A DNA stretch of 64,000 nucleotides from Eledone cirrhosa (lineage: Eukaryota): NCBI GenBank assembly GCA_964016885.1, contig OZ024741.1, positions 40,734,001 through 40,798,000 of the forward strand. Reading direction: 5' to 3'. Below are positions 16,462-33,604 of this stretch, in pieces. The position numbers and the translations under genes were made by a program. The first letter of the stretch is position 1; every line of letters starts with the position of its first letter. The notes beneath the pieces are model-generated. The model saw only the letters and a list, made by a program, of their open reading frames with translations. It was not told where the DNA came from and ran no database searches.

Positions 16462-17088
16462 TGACCCCGAAAAATGTATACACACTTTGATTATCTGTAC
16501 AGGCAATATATATATTAGAATGGTGTATATATTTTTAGGGACTCCGGTATATATATATATATGGTGTCCCCTGAAAATGTATACACACTTTGATTACCTG
16601 TACAGGCAATATATATATTAGAATGGTGTATACATTTTTAGGGACCCCGGTATATATATATATATATGTATATATGGTGTCCCCGAAAAATGTAGACACA
16701 CTTTGATTACCTGTACAGGCAATATATATATTAGAATGGTATATACATTTTTAGGGACCTCTATATATATATATATATATATATATGGTGTCCCCGAAAA
16801 ATGTATAGACACTTTGATTATCTGCACAGGCAATATATATGTTAGAATGGTGTATACATTTTTAGGGACCCCGGTATATATATATATATATGGTGTGCCG
16901 CGAAAAATGTAGACACACTTTGATTATCTGTACAGGCAATATATATATTAGAATGGTATATACATTTTTAGGGACCTCTATATATATATATGTATATATA
17001 TATATGGTGTCCCCGAAAAATGTATACACACTTTGATTACCTGTACAGGCAATATATATATTAGAATGGTGTATACATTTTTAGGGAC

Positions 17089-17122
<34 letters not shown>

Positions 17123-18507
17123 TGTCCCCGAAAAATGTATACACCCTTTGATTAACTGTATAGTCAATATATATATTAGAATGGTGTATACCTTTTTAGG
17201 GACCCCGGTATATATATATATATGGTGTCCCCGAAAAATGTATACACACTTTGATTATCTGTACAGGCAATATATATATTAGAATGGTGTATACATTTTT
17301 AGGGACCCCGGTATATATATATATATATATATGGTGTCCCGGAAAAATGTATACACACTCTGATTACCTGTACAGTCAATATATATATTAGAATGGTGTA
17401 TACATTTTTAGGGACCCCTATATATATATATATATATATATATATGGTGTCCCCGAAAAATGTATAAACACTTTGATTACCTGTACAGGCAATATATATA
17501 TTAGAATGGTGTATACATTTTTAGGGACCGCGGTATATATAAATATGGTGTCCCCGAAAAAAGTATACACATTTTGATTACCTGTACAGGCAATATATAT
17601 ATTAGAATGGTGTATACATTTTTAGGAACCCCTGTATATATATATATATATATATATATGGTGTCCCCAAAAAATGTATACACACTTTGATTACCTGTAC
17701 AGGCAATATATATATTAGAATGGTGTATGGAGTTTTACGGACCCCGGTATATATATATATATATATATATATATGGTGTCCCCGAAAAATGTATACACAC
17801 TTTGATTACCTATACAGGCAATATATATATTAGAATGGTGTATACATTTTTAGGGACTCCGGTATATATATATATGGTGTCCCCGGAAAATGTATACACA
17901 CTTTTCTTACCTGTACAGGCAATATATATATTAGAATGGTGTATACATTTTTAGGGACCCCCGTATATATATATATATGGTGTCCCCGAAAAATGTATAC
18001 ACACTTTGATTATCTGTACAGGCAATATATATATTAGAATGGTGTATACATTTTTAGGGACCCCGGTATATAGATATATATATATGGTGTCCCCGAAAAA
18101 TGTATACACACTTTGATTATCTGTACAGGCAATATATATATTAGAACGGTGTTTAAATTTTTAGGGACCCAGGTATATATATATGGTGTCCCCGAAAAAT
18201 GTATACACACTTTGATTACCTGTACAGTCAATATATATATTAGAATGGTGTATACATTTTTAGGGACACCGGTATATATAATATATATATATATAGATGG
18301 TGTCCCCGAAAAATGTATACACACTTTGATTACCTGTACAGGCACTATATATATATTAGAATGGTGTATACATTTTTAGGGACCCCGGTATATATATATA
18401 TATATACATATGTATATATATGGTGTCCCCGAAAAATGTATACACACTTTGATTACCTGTACAGGCAATATATATATTAGAATGGTGTATACATTTTTAG
18501 GGACCCC

Positions 18508-18546
<39 letters not shown>

Positions 18547-19603
18547 TGTCCCCGAAAAATATATACACACTTTGATTAACTGTACAGTCAATATATATAT
18601 TAGAATGGTATATACATTTTTAGGGACCTCTGTATATATATATATATATATATATAAGGTGTGCCGCGAAAAATGTATACACACTTTGATTATCTGTACA
18701 GGCAATATATATATTAGAATGGTGTATACATTTTTAGGGAGCCCGGTATATATATATATATATATATATATGGTGTCCCCGAAAAATGTATACACACTTT
18801 GATTAACTGTACAGGCAATATATATATTAGAATGGTGTATACATTTTTAGGGACCCCGGTATATATATATATATATGGTGTGCCGCGAAAAATGTATACA
18901 CACTTTGATTACCTGTACAGTCAATATATATATTAGAATGATGTATACATTTTTAGGAACACCGGTATATATATATATGGTGTCCCCCAAAAATGTATAC
19001 ACACTTTGATTACCTGTACAGGCAATATATATATTAGAATGGTGTATACATTTTTAGGGACCCCGGTATATATATATATATATATATATGTATATGGTGT
19101 CCCTAAAAATGTATACACGCTTTGATTACCTGTATAGGCAATATATATATTAGAATGGTGTATACATTTTTAGGGACCACGGTATATATATATATATATA
19201 TATATATGGTATCCCCGAAAAATGTATACACACTTTGATTATCTGTACAGGCAATATATATATTAGAATGGTGTATACATTTTTAGGGACTCCGGTATAT
19301 ATATATATATATGGTGTCCCCTGAAAATGTATACACACTTTGATTAACTGTACAGGCAATATATATATTAGAATGGTGTATACATTTTTAGGGACCACGG
19401 TATATATATATATATGGTGTCCCTGAAAAATGTATACACACTTTGATTATCTGTACAGGCAATATATATATTAGAATGGTGTATACATTTTTAGGGACCC
19501 CTGTATATATATATATATATGGTGTCCCCGAAAAATGTATACACACTTTGATTACCTGTACAGGCAATATATATATTAGAATGGTGTATACATTTTTAGG
19601 GAC

Positions 19604-19639
<36 letters not shown>

Positions 19640-20050
19640 TGTCCCCGAAAGATGTATACACACTTTGATTACCTGTACAGGCAATATATATATTAGAATG
19701 GTGTATACATTTTTAGGGACCCCGGTATATATATATATATATATATATGGTATCCCCGAAAAATGTATACACACTTTGATTATCTGTACAGGCAATATAT
19801 ATATTAGAATGGTGTATACATTTTTAGGGACTCCGGTATATATATACATATATATATGGTGTCCCCGGAAAATGTATACACACTTTGATTACCTGTACAG
19901 GCAATATATATATTATAATGGTGTATACATTTTTAGGGACCCCTGTATATATATATATATATGGTGTCCCCGAAAAATGTATACACACTTTGATTATCTG
20001 TACAGGCAATATATATATTAGAATGGTGTATACATTTTCAGGGACCCAAG

Positions 20051-20081
<31 letters not shown>

Positions 20082-20274
20082 GGTGTCCCCGAAAAATGTA
20101 TACACACTTTGATTACCTGTACAGGCAATATATATATTAGAATGGTGTATACATTTTTAGGGACACCGGTATATATATATATATATGGTGTCTCCGAAAA
20201 TTGTATACACACCTTGATTACCTGTACAGGCAATATATATATTAGAATGGTGTATACATTTTCAGGGACCCCCG

Positions 20275-20307
<33 letters not shown>

Positions 20308-20395
20308 GGTGTCCCCGAAAAATGTATACACACTTTGATTACCTGTACAGGCAATATATATATTAGAATGGTGTATACATTTTCAGGGACCCCCG

Positions 20396-20426
<31 letters not shown>

Positions 20427-21029
20427 GGTGTCCCCGAAAAATGTATACACACTTTGATTACCTGTACAGGCAATATATATATTAGAATGGTGTATACATT
20501 TTTAGGGACACCGGTATATATACATATGGTGTCCCCCAAAAATGTATACACACTTTGATTACCTGTACAGGCAATATATATATTAGAATGGTGTATACAC
20601 TTTTAGGGACTCCGGTATATATATACATGGTGACCCCGGAAAATGTATACACACTTTGATTACCTGTACAGGCAATATATATATTAGAATGGTGTATACA
20701 TTTTTAGGGACCCCGGTATATAGATATATATAAATGGTGTCCCCGAAAAATGTATACACACTTTGATTATCTGTACAGGCAATATATATATTAGAATGGT
20801 GTATACATTTTCAGGGACCCCGGTATATATATATGATGTCCCCGAAAAATGTATACACACTTTGATTACCTGTACAGGCAATATATATATTAGAATGGTG
20901 TATACATTTTTAGGGACCCCGGTATATAGATATATATAAATGGTGTCCCCGAAAAATGTATACACACTTTGATTACCTGTACAGGCAATATATATATTAG
21001 AATGGTGTATACATTTTCAGGGACCCCCG

Positions 21030-21062
<33 letters not shown>

Positions 21063-21464
21063 GGTGTCCCCGAAAAATGTATACACACTTTGATTACCTG
21101 TACAGGCAATATATATATTAGAATGGTGTATACATTTTTAGGGACACCGGTATATATACATATGGTGTCCCCCAAAAATGTATACACACTTTGATTACCT
21201 GTACAGGCAATATATATATTAGAATGGTGTATACATTTTTAGGGACCCCCGTATATATATATATATATACATATATATATGGTGTCCCCGAAAAATGTAT
21301 ACACACTTTGATTACCTGTACAGGCAATATATATATTAGAATGGTGTAGACATTTTTAGGGACACCGGTATATAAACATATGGTGTCCCCCAAAAATGTA
21401 TACACACTTTGATTACCTGTACAGGCAATATATATATTAGAATGGTGTATACATTTTTAGGGAC

Positions 21465-21501
<37 letters not shown>

Positions 21502-21581
21502 GTCCCGGAAAAATGTATACACACTCTGATTACCTGTACAGTCAATATATATATTCGAATGGTGTATACATTTTTAGGGAC

Positions 21582-21619
<38 letters not shown>

Positions 21620-22640
21620 TGTCCCGAAAAATGTATACACACTTTGATTACCTGTACAGGCAATATATATATGAGAATGGTGTATACCTTTTTAGAGACC
21701 GCGGTATATATAAATATGGTGTCTCCGAAAAAAGTATACACACTTTGATTACCTGTACAGGCAATATATATATTAGAATGGTGTATACATTTTTAGGGAC
21801 ACCGGTATATATATATATGGTGTCCCCGAAAAAAGTATACACACTTTGATTACCTGTACAGGTAATATATATATTAGAATGGTGTATACATTTTTAGGGA
21901 CCCCGCTATATATATATGGTGTCCCCGAAAAATGTATACACACTTTGATTACATGTACAGGCAATATATATATTAGAATGGTGTATACATTTTTAGGGAC
22001 ACCCGTATATATATATGTATGGTGTCACCAAAAAATGTATACACACTTTGATTACCTGTACAGGCAATATATATATTGGAATGGTGTATACATTTTTAGG
22101 GACCACGGTATATATATATATATATGGTATCCCTGAAAAATGTATACACACTTTGATTATCTGTACAGGCAATATATATATTAGAATGGTGTATACATTT
22201 TTAGGGACCCCTGTATATATATATATATATGGTGTCCCCGAAAAATGTATACACACTTTGATTACCTGTACAGGCAATATATATATTAGAATGGTGTATA
22301 CATTTTTAGGGACCCCGGTATATATATATATATATATGTATATATATGGTGTCCCCGAAAAATGTATGCACACTTTGATTACCTGTACAGGCAATATATA
22401 TATTAGAATGGTGTATACATTTTTAGGGACCACGGTATATAGATATATATAAATGGTGTCCCCGAAAAATGTATACACACTTTGATTATCTGTACAGGCA
22501 ATATATATATTAGAATGGTGTATACATTTTCAGGGACCCCGGTATATATATATGATGTCCCCGAAAAATGTATACACACTTTGATTACCTGTACAGGCAA
22601 TATATATATTAGAATGGTGTATACATTTTTAGGGACCCCC

Positions 22641-22678
<38 letters not shown>

Positions 22679-22864
22679 TGTCCCCGAAAAATGTATACAC
22701 ACTTTGATTACCTGTACAGGCAATATATATATTAGAATGGTGTATACATTTTTAGGGACACCGGTATATATACATATGGTGTCCCCCAAAAATGTATACA
22801 CACTTTGATTACCTGTACAGGCAATATATATATTAGAATGGTGTATACATCTTTAGGGACCCCC

Positions 22865-22948
<84 letters not shown>

Positions 22949-23242
22949 TGTCCCCGAAAAATGTATACACACTTTGATTACCCGTACATGCAATATATAT
23001 ATTAGAATGGTGTATACATTTTTAGGGACACCGGTATATATACATATGGTGTCCCCCAAAAATGTATACACACTTTGATTACCTGTACCGGCAATATATA
23101 TATTAGAATGGTGTATACATTTTTAGGGACCCCTATATATATATATATATATATATGGTGTCCCGGAAAAATGTATACACACTCTGATTACCTGTACAGT
23201 CAATATATATATTAGTATGGTGTATACATTTTTAGGGACCCC

Positions 23243-23287
<45 letters not shown>

Positions 23288-23475
23288 TGTCCGGCGAAAA
23301 ATGTATACACACTTTGATTACCTGTACAGACAATATATATATTAGAATGGTGTATACAATTTTAGGGACCCCGGTATGTATATATATGGTGTCTCCGAAA
23401 ATTGTATACACACTTTGATTACCTGTACAGTGAATATATATATTAGAATGGTGTATACATTTTTAGGGACCCCGG

Positions 23476-23511
<36 letters not shown>

Positions 23512-24529
23512 GGTGTACCCGAAAAATGTATACACACTTTGATTACCTGTACAGGCAATATATATATTAGAATGGTGTATACATTTTTAGGGACACCGGT
23601 ATATATATATATGGTGTCCCCGAAAAAAGTATACACACTTTGATTACCTGTACAGGTAATATATATATTAGAATGGTGTATACATTTTTAGGGACCCCGC
23701 TATATATATATGGTGTCCCCGAAAAATGTATACACACTTTGATTACATGTACAGGCAATATATATATTAGAATGGTGTATACATTTTTAGGGACACCGGT
23801 ATATATATATATATGGTGTCACCAAAAAATGTATACACACTTTGATTACCTGTACAGGCAATATATATATTGGAATGGTGTATACATTTTTAGGGACCCC
23901 GGTATATATATATATGGTGTCCCTGAAAAATGTATACACACTTTGATTATCTGTACAGGCAATATATATATTAGAATGGTGTATACATTTTTAGGGACTC
24001 CTGTATATATATATATATGGTGTCCCCGAAAAATGTATACACACTTTGATTACCTGTACAGGCAATATATATATTAGAATGGTGTATACATTTTTAGGGA
24101 CCCCGGTATATATATATATATATATGTATATATATGGTGTCCCCGAAAAATGTATGCACACTTTGATTACCTGTACAGGCAATATATATATTAGAATGGT
24201 GTATACATTTTTAGGGACACCGGTATATATATATATATGGTGTCCCCCAAAAATGTATACACACTTTGATTACCTGTACAGGTAATATATATATTAGAAT
24301 GGTGTATACATTTTTAGGGACCCCGCTATATATATATATGGTGTCCCCGAAAAATGTATACACACTTTGATTACATGTACAGGCAATATATATATTAGAA
24401 TGGTGTATACATTTTTAGGGACACCGGTATATATATATATATAGTGTCCCCGAAAAATGTATACACACTTTTGATTATCTGTACAGGCAATATATATATT
24501 AGTATGGTGTATACATTTTTAGGGACCCC

Positions 24530-24580
<51 letters not shown>

Positions 24581-24767
24581 TGTCCGGCGAAAATGTATAC
24601 ACACTTTGATTACCTGTACAGACAATATATATATTAGAATGGTGTATACAATTTTAGGGACCCCGGTATGTATATATATCGCGTCTCCGAAAATTGTATA
24701 CACACTTTGATTACCTGTACAGTGAATATATATATTAGAATGGTGTATACATTTTTAGGGACCCCGG

Positions 24768-24803
<36 letters not shown>

Positions 24804-24891
24804 GGTGTCCCCGAAAAATGTATACACACTTTGATTACCTGTACAGGCAATATATATATTAGAATGGTGTATACATTTTTAGGGACCCCGG

Positions 24892-24942
<51 letters not shown>

Positions 24943-25028
24943 TGTCCCCGAAAAGTGTATACACACTTTGATTACCTGTACAGGCAATATATATATTAGA
25001 ATGGTGTATACATTTTTAGGGACCCCGT

Positions 25029-25059
<31 letters not shown>

Positions 25060-27633
25060 GGTTTCCCCGAAAAATGTATACACACTTTGATTACCTGTAC
25101 AGGCAATATATATATTACAATGGTGTATACATTTTTAGGGACACCGGTATATATATATATGGTGTCCCCCAAAAATGTATACACACTTTAATTACCTGTA
25201 CAGGCAATATATATATTAGAATGGTGTATACATTTTTAGAGACCGCGGTATATATAAATATGGTGTCCCCGAAAAAAGTATACACACTTTGATTACCTGT
25301 ACAGGTAATATATATATTAGAATGGTGTATACATTTTTAGGGACCCCGGTATATATATATATATATGTATATATATGGTTTCCCCGAAAAATGTATACAC
25401 ACTTTGATTACCTGTACAGGCAATATATATATTAGAATGGTGTATACATTTTTAGGGACACCGGTATATATATATATGGTGTCCCCCAAAAATGTATACA
25501 CACTTTGATTACCTGTACAGGCAATATATATATTAGAATGGTGTATACATTTTTAGAGACCGCGGTATATATAAATATGGTGTCCCCGAAAAAAGTATAC
25601 ACACTTTGAATACCTGTACAGGTAATATATATATTAGAATGGTGTATACATTTTTAGGGACCCCGCTATATATATATGGTGTCCCCGAAAAATGTATACA
25701 CACTTTGATTACATGTACAGGCAATATATATATTAGAATGGTGTATACATTTTTAGGGACACCGGTATATATATATATATGGTGTCCCGGAAAATTGTAT
25801 ACACACTTTGATTAACTGTACAGTGAACATATATATTAGAATGGTGTATACATTTTTAGGGACCCCTGTATATATATGTATATATATATGGTGTCCCGGA
25901 AAAATGTATACACACTCTGATTACCTGTACAGTCAATATATATATTAGAATGGTGTATACATTTTTAGGGACCCCTGTATATATATATATATGGTGTCCC
26001 CGAAAAATGTATACACACTTTGATTACCTGTACAGGCAATATATATATTAGAATGGTGTATACATTTTTAGGGACCCCGGTATATATATATATATATGTA
26101 TATATATGGTGTCCCCGAAAAATGTATGCACACTTTGATTACCTGTACAGGCAATATATATATTAGAATGGTGTATACATTTTTAGGGACCCCGGTATAT
26201 AGATATATATAAATGGTGTCCCCGAAAAATGTATACACACTTTGATTATCTGTACAGGCAATATATATATTAGAATGGTGTATACATTTTCAGGGACCCC
26301 GGTATATATATATGATGTCCCCGAAAAATGTATACACACTCTGATTACCTGTACAGGCAATATATATATTAGAAAGGTGTATACATTTTTAGAGACCGCG
26401 GTATATATAAATATGGTGTCCCCGAAAAAAGTATACACACTTTGATTACCTGTACAGGCAATATATATATTAGATTGGTGTATACATTTTTAGGGACACC
26501 GGTATATATATATATATGGTGTCCCCGAAAAAAGTATACACACTTTGATTACCTGTACAGGTAATATATATATTAGAATGGTGTATACATCTTTAGGGAC
26601 CCCGCTATATATATATGGTGTCCCCGAAAAATGTATACACACTTTGATTACATGTACAGGCAATATATATATTAGAATGGTGTATACATTTTTAGGGACA
26701 CCGGTATATATATATATATGGTGTCACCAAAAAATGTATACACACTTTGATTACCTGTACAGGCAATATATATATTGGAATGGTGTATACATTTTTAGGG
26801 ACCCCGGTATATATATATATGGTGTCCCTGAAAAATGTATACACACTTTGATTATCTGCACAGGCAATATATATATTAGAATGGTGTATACATTTTTAGG
26901 GACCCCTGTATATATATATATATGGTGTCCCCGAAAAATGTATACACACTTTGATTACCTGTACAGGCAATATATATATTAGAATGGTGTATACATTTTT
27001 AGGGACCCCGGTATATATATATATATATGTATATATATGGTGTCCCCGAAAAATGTATGCACACTTTGATTACCTGTACAGGCAATATATATATTAGAAT
27101 GGTGTATACATTTTTAGGGACACCGGTATATATATATGGTGTCCCCCAAAAATGTATACACACTTTGATTACCTGTACAGGTATTATATATATTAGAATG
27201 GTGTATACATATTTAGGGACCCCGCTATATATATATGGTGTCCCCGAAAAATGTATACACACTTTGATTACATGTACAGGCAATATATATATTAGAATGG
27301 TGTATACATTTTTAGGGACACCGGTATATATATATATATATGGTGTCACCAAAAAATGTATACACACTTTGATTACCTGTACAGGCAATATATATATTGG
27401 AATGGTGTATACATTTTTAGGGACCCCGGTATATATATATATGGTGTCCCTGAAAAATGTATACACACTTTGATTATCTGTACAGGCAATATATATATTA
27501 GAATGGTGTATACATTTTTAGGGTCCCCTGTATATATATATATATGGTGTCCCCGAAAAATGTATACACACTTTGATTACCTGTACAGGCAATATATATA
27601 TTAGAATGGTGTATACATTTTTAGGGACCCCGG

Positions 27634-27669
<36 letters not shown>

Positions 27670-28072
27670 TGTATATATATGGTGTCCCCGAAAAATGTAT
27701 GCACACTTTGATTACCTGTACAGGCAATATATATATTAGAATGGTGTATACATTTTTAGGGACTCCGGTATATATATATATATGGTGTCCCCCAAAAATG
27801 TATACACACTTTGATTACCTGTACAGGTAATATATATATTAGAATGGTGTATACATTTTTAGGGACCCCGCTATATATATATGGTGTCCCCGAAAAATGT
27901 ATACACACTTTGATTACATGTACAGGCAATATATATATTAGAATGGTGTATACATTTTTAGGGACACCGGTATATATATATATATAGTGTCCCCGAAAAA
28001 TGTATACACACTTTTGATTATCTGTACAGGCAATATATATATTAGTATGGTGTATACATTTTTAGGGACCCC

Positions 28073-28111
<39 letters not shown>

Positions 28112-28299
28112 TGTCCGGCGAAAAATGTATACACACTTTGATTACCTGTACAGACAATATATATATTAGAATGGTGTATACAATTTTAGGGACCCCGGTA
28201 TGTATATATATGGTGTCTCCGAAAATTGTATACACACTTTGATTACCTGTACAGTGAATATATATATTAGAATGGTGTATACATTTTTAGGGACCCCGG

Positions 28300-28333
<34 letters not shown>

Positions 28334-30489
28334 GGTGTCCCCCAAAAATGTATACACACTTTGATTACCTGTACAGGCAATATATATATTAGAATGGTGT
28401 ATACATTTTTAGAGACCGCGGTATATATAAATATGGTGTCCCCGAAAAAAGTATACACACTTTGAATACCTGTACAGGTAATATATATATTAGAATGGTG
28501 TATACATTTTTAGGGACCCCGCTATATATATATGGTGTCCCCGAAAAATGTATACACACTTTGATTACATGTACAGGCAATATATATATTAGAATGGTGT
28601 ATACATTTTTAGGGACACCGGTATATATATATATATGGTGTCCCGGAAAATTGTATACACACTTTGATTAACTGTACAGTGAACATATATATTAGAATGG
28701 TGTATACATTTTTAGGGACCCCTGTATATATATGTATATATATATGGTGTCCCGGAAAAATGTATACACACTCTGATTACCTGTACAGTCAATATATATA
28801 TTAGAATGGTGTATACATTTTTAGGGACCCCTGTATATATATATATATGGTGTCCCCGAAAAATGTATACACACTTTGATTACCTGTACAGGCAATATAT
28901 ATATTAGAATGGTGTATACATTTTTAGGGACCCCGGTATATATATATATATATGTATATATATGGTGTCCCCGAAAAATGTATGCACACTTTGATTACCT
29001 GTACAGGCAATATATATATTAGAATGGTGTATACATTTTTAGGGACCCCGGTATATAGATATATATAAATGGTGTCCCCGAAAAATGTATACACACTTTG
29101 ATTATCTGTACAGGCAATATATATATTAGAATGGTGTATACATTTTCAGGGACCCCGGTATATATATATGATGTCCCCGAAAAATGTATACACACTCTGA
29201 TTACCTGTACAGGCAATATATATATTAGAAAGGTGTATACATTTTTAGAGACCGCGGTATATATAAATATGGTGTCCCCGAAAAAAGTATACACACTTTG
29301 ATTACCTGTACAGGCAATATATATATTAGATTGGTGTATACATTTTTAGGGACACCGGTATATATATATATATGGTGTCCCCGAAAAAAGTATACACACT
29401 TTGATTACCTGTACAGGTAATATATATATTAGAATGGTGTATACATCTTTAGGGACCCCGCTATATATATATGGTGTCCCCGAAAAATGTATACACACTT
29501 TGATTACATGTACAGGCAATATATATATTAGAATGGTGTATACATTTTTAGGGACACCGGTATATATATATATATGGTGTCACCAAAAAATGTATACACA
29601 CTTTGATTACCTGTACAGGCAATATATATATTGGAATGGTGTATACATTTTTAGGGACCCCGGTATATATATATATGGTGTCCCTGAAAAATGTATACAC
29701 ACTTTGATTATCTGTACAGGCAATATATATATTAGAATGGTGTATACATTTTTAGGGACCCCTGTATATATATATATATGGTGTCCCCGAAAAATGTATA
29801 CACACTTTGATTACCTGTACAGGCAATATATATATTAGAATGGTGTATACATTTTTAGGGACCCCGGTATATATATATATATATGTATATATATGGTGTC
29901 CCCGAAAAATGTATGCACACTTTGATTACCTGTACAGGCAATATATATATTAGAATGGTGTATACATTTTTAGGGACACCGGTATATATATATGGTGTCC
30001 CCCAAAAATGTATACACACTTTGATTACCTGTACAGGTATTATATATATTAGAATGGTGTATACATATTTAGGGACCCCGCTATATATATATGGTGTCCC
30101 CGAAAAATGTATACACACTTTGATTACATGTACAGGCAATATATATATTAGAATGGTGTATACATTTTTAGGGACACCGGTATATATATATATATATGGT
30201 GTCACCAAAAAATGTATACACACTTTGATTACCTGTACAGGCAATATATATATTGGAATGGTGTATACATTTTTAGGGACCCCGGTATATATATATATGG
30301 TGTCCCTGAAAAATGTATACACACTTTGATTATCTGTACAGGCAATATATATATTAGAATGGTGTATACATTTTTAGGGACCCCTGTATATATATATATA
30401 TGGTGTCCCCGAAAAATGTATACACACTTTGATTACCTGTACAGGCAATATATATATTAGAATGGTGTATACATTTTTAGGGACCCCGG

Positions 30490-30525
<36 letters not shown>

Positions 30526-30928
30526 TGTATATATATGGTGTCCCCGAAAAATGTATGCACACTTTGATTACCTGTACAGGCAATATATATATTAGAATGG
30601 TGTATACATTTTTAGGGACTCCGGTATATATATATATATGGTGTCCCCCAAAAATGTATACACACTTTGATTACCTGTACAGGTAATATATATATTAGAA
30701 TGGTGTATACATTTTTAGGGACCCCGCTATATATATATGGTGTCCCCGAAAAATGTATACACACTTTGATTACATGTACAGGCAATATATATATTAGAAT
30801 GGTGTATACATTTTTAGGGACACCGGTATATATATATATATAGTGTCCCCGAAAAATGTATACACACTTTTGATTATCTGTACAGGCAATATATATATTA
30901 GTATGGTGTATACATTTTTAGGGACCCC

Positions 30929-30967
<39 letters not shown>

Positions 30968-31155
30968 TGTCCGGCGAAAAATGTATACACACTTTGATTA
31001 CCTGTACAGACAATATATATATTAGAATGGTGTATACAATTTTAGGGACCCCGGTATGTATATATATGGTGTCTCCGAAAATTGTATACACACTTTGATT
31101 ACCTGTACAGTGAATATATATATTAGAATGGTGTATACATTTTTAGGGACCCCGG

Positions 31156-31189
<34 letters not shown>

Positions 31190-31376
31190 GGTGTCCCCGA
31201 AAAATGTATACACACTTTGATTACCTGTACAGGCAATATATATATTAGAATGGTGTATAGATTTTTAGGGACCCCGGTATATATATATGGTGTCCCCGAA
31301 AAATGTATACACACTTTGATTACCTGTACAGGCAATATATATATTAGAATGGTGTATACATTTTTAGGGACCCCGG

Positions 31377-31419
<43 letters not shown>

Positions 31420-32139
31420 TGTCCCCGAAAAGTGTATACACACTTTGATTACCTGTACAGGCAATATATATATTAGAATGGTGTATACATTTTTAGGGAC
31501 CCCGGTATATATATATATATATGTATATATATGGTTTCCCCGAAAAATGTATACACACTTTGATTACCTGTACAGGCAATATATATATTAGAATGGTGTA
31601 TACATTTTTAGGGACACCGGTATATATATATATGGTGTCCCCCAAAAATGTATACACACTTTGATTACCTGTACAGGCAATATATATATTAGAATGGTGT
31701 ATACATTTTTAGAGACCGCGGTATATATAAATATGGTGTCCCCGAAAAAAGTATACACACTTTGATTACCTGTACAGGTAATATATATATTAGAATGGTG
31801 TATACATTTTTAGGGACCCCCGCTATATATATATGGTGTCCCCGAAAAATGTATACACACTTTGATTACATGTACAGGCAATATATATATATTAGAATGG
31901 TGTATACATTTTTAGGGACACCGGTATATATATATATATATGGTGTCCCGGAAAATTGTATACACACTTTGATTAACTGTACAGTGAATATATATATTAG
32001 AATGGTGTATACATTTTTAGGGACCCATGTATATATATATGTATATATATGGTGTCCCGGAAAAATGTATACACACTCTGATTACCTGTACAGTCAATAT
32101 ATATATTAGAATGGTGTATACATTTTTAGGGACCCCTTT

Positions 32140-32173
<34 letters not shown>

Positions 32174-32320
32174 TATTTTCCGTTGTGTTGTAATATAAAT
32201 ATTACACACAGTGGATTATCAGCTCACGTAGTGTTTGCTCGACGGTTCCAGTTGTAGTTCCAAAAGTAATCCGGAGAAAAATAGAAAGATTTGAATGGAT
32301 ACAGTTTAGTTGAAAGGAAT

Positions 32321-32437
32321 TTATTGACACGTGTTTCTATAACAGTTACATAACCTAAAACAGCTATCTACAAACTTTTAGTTATGCAGACATTCAATAT
32401 TTCAATGTTATTATTTACTGTCATTTCATCAGAATAA
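32321..32437 (-). ncRNA. Type I hammerhead ribozyme motif (PLE 3' pLTR)
   Basis: Reverse complement of the motif at 34150-34266: TCATCAG at 32426-32432, GACACGTGTTTC at 32326-32337. Confidence 0.75.
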
Positions 32438-33005
32438 TATTACTGAGGACCTATTTAGTTTTTATAGAGAATATTAGGAGGGAGGGGTGAAGTTGTTAGA
32501 AGAATAGTTGAAGGAGTGGTTTTTCGATAGCAGTGAGAATTCTTGGTGGCAGTGAGTAATTAGATTCCCATCTGTTGTTTTGACATTTTTTATAGAATAT
32601 ATTATTGGTTATTTTTCTAAATCTATAGAAGGATTAGAGATAGTAAAGATATGCGTGGTTGGTTTTGTGTTTGCAGTTAATTAACATTCAGACTTAAATT
32701 TTTCTTTCAAGTGTACGTATCCTTTCACCCACGCATTCACACACAAATATATTTGCACACCTCTACAAAATACATATACTCACAATTCACATATTCATAC
32801 TTACATATATATACACATGCATACACATATATATACACACATGTATTCATGTACATACATACGCGCTCATGTGTATACATTTTCATACTCAACTTATCTT
32901 TATATACACACGTATAGACACACACATATATACATACATACTCTAGTCCATGTGTACACACATACACATACATACACATCCATATACACATATATACATA
33001 CACAC

Positions 33006-33046
<41 letters not shown>

Positions 33047-33361
33047 TACACACACACACATATACACACATATACATATACATATATATATAAGCACTTT
33101 AATACATGAATACACTTACATCTAACTATACACATCAAACATATATATATATTTACTTATTTATATACATTTTCACATATATATACATACTTATGGACGT
33201 TTTTAGACACATTCATTATCGCATATTTGTACCTATTCTCATCAGCATATCTTTTCATTATTAGTATGGTAATTTAAGGTTATTAATATATGTTGAGAAG
33301 AGATTGTTTTTATATTTTTCTAACTAGATTAAGGTTTATATAGTTGGGGGATATCCCTCTT

Positions 33362-33604
33362 TTATGTAATATTCGGCTTGTAGTGGGAAAAAAGGGTTTT
33401 AGTTCTGTGACGGCAGAATAATGTTCGTTCAATTCTGTTATTCAGCAGTTTCTTCTTGTGTGTGATTATGTAATAAATCTCAAGATTACACAATTTGCAG
33501 AAATTTTGGCTCCTGGAAAAGCTTTGGGTTTTAGCTAATTTTTCCCATTTTAGGGTAAACTTTTGATCGCTATCCCTGAGCGTCCAAGCTTTTTCTGCTA
33601 AAGT
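33362..33604 (-). pseudogene. C-terminal fragment of a PLE GIY-YIG endonuclease (Naiad-like CxLC...CxH end)
   Basis: TLAEKAWTLRDSDQKFTLKWEKLAKTQSFSRSQNFCKLCNLEIYYIITHKKKLLNNRIERTLFCRHRTKTLF shows the W..L, W, CxLCxxE, LLNxRxE and CRH motifs of PLE endonuclease ends. Truncated exactly at the inverted-repeat junction. Confidence 0.85.

Noticed and set aside
33230-33250. Extra CTGATGA on the minus strand, or a SECIS element, in the PLE 3' UTR
   Set aside because: No downstream GAAA/NUH with stems, and no in-frame UGA in the ORF fragment to motivate a SECIS.
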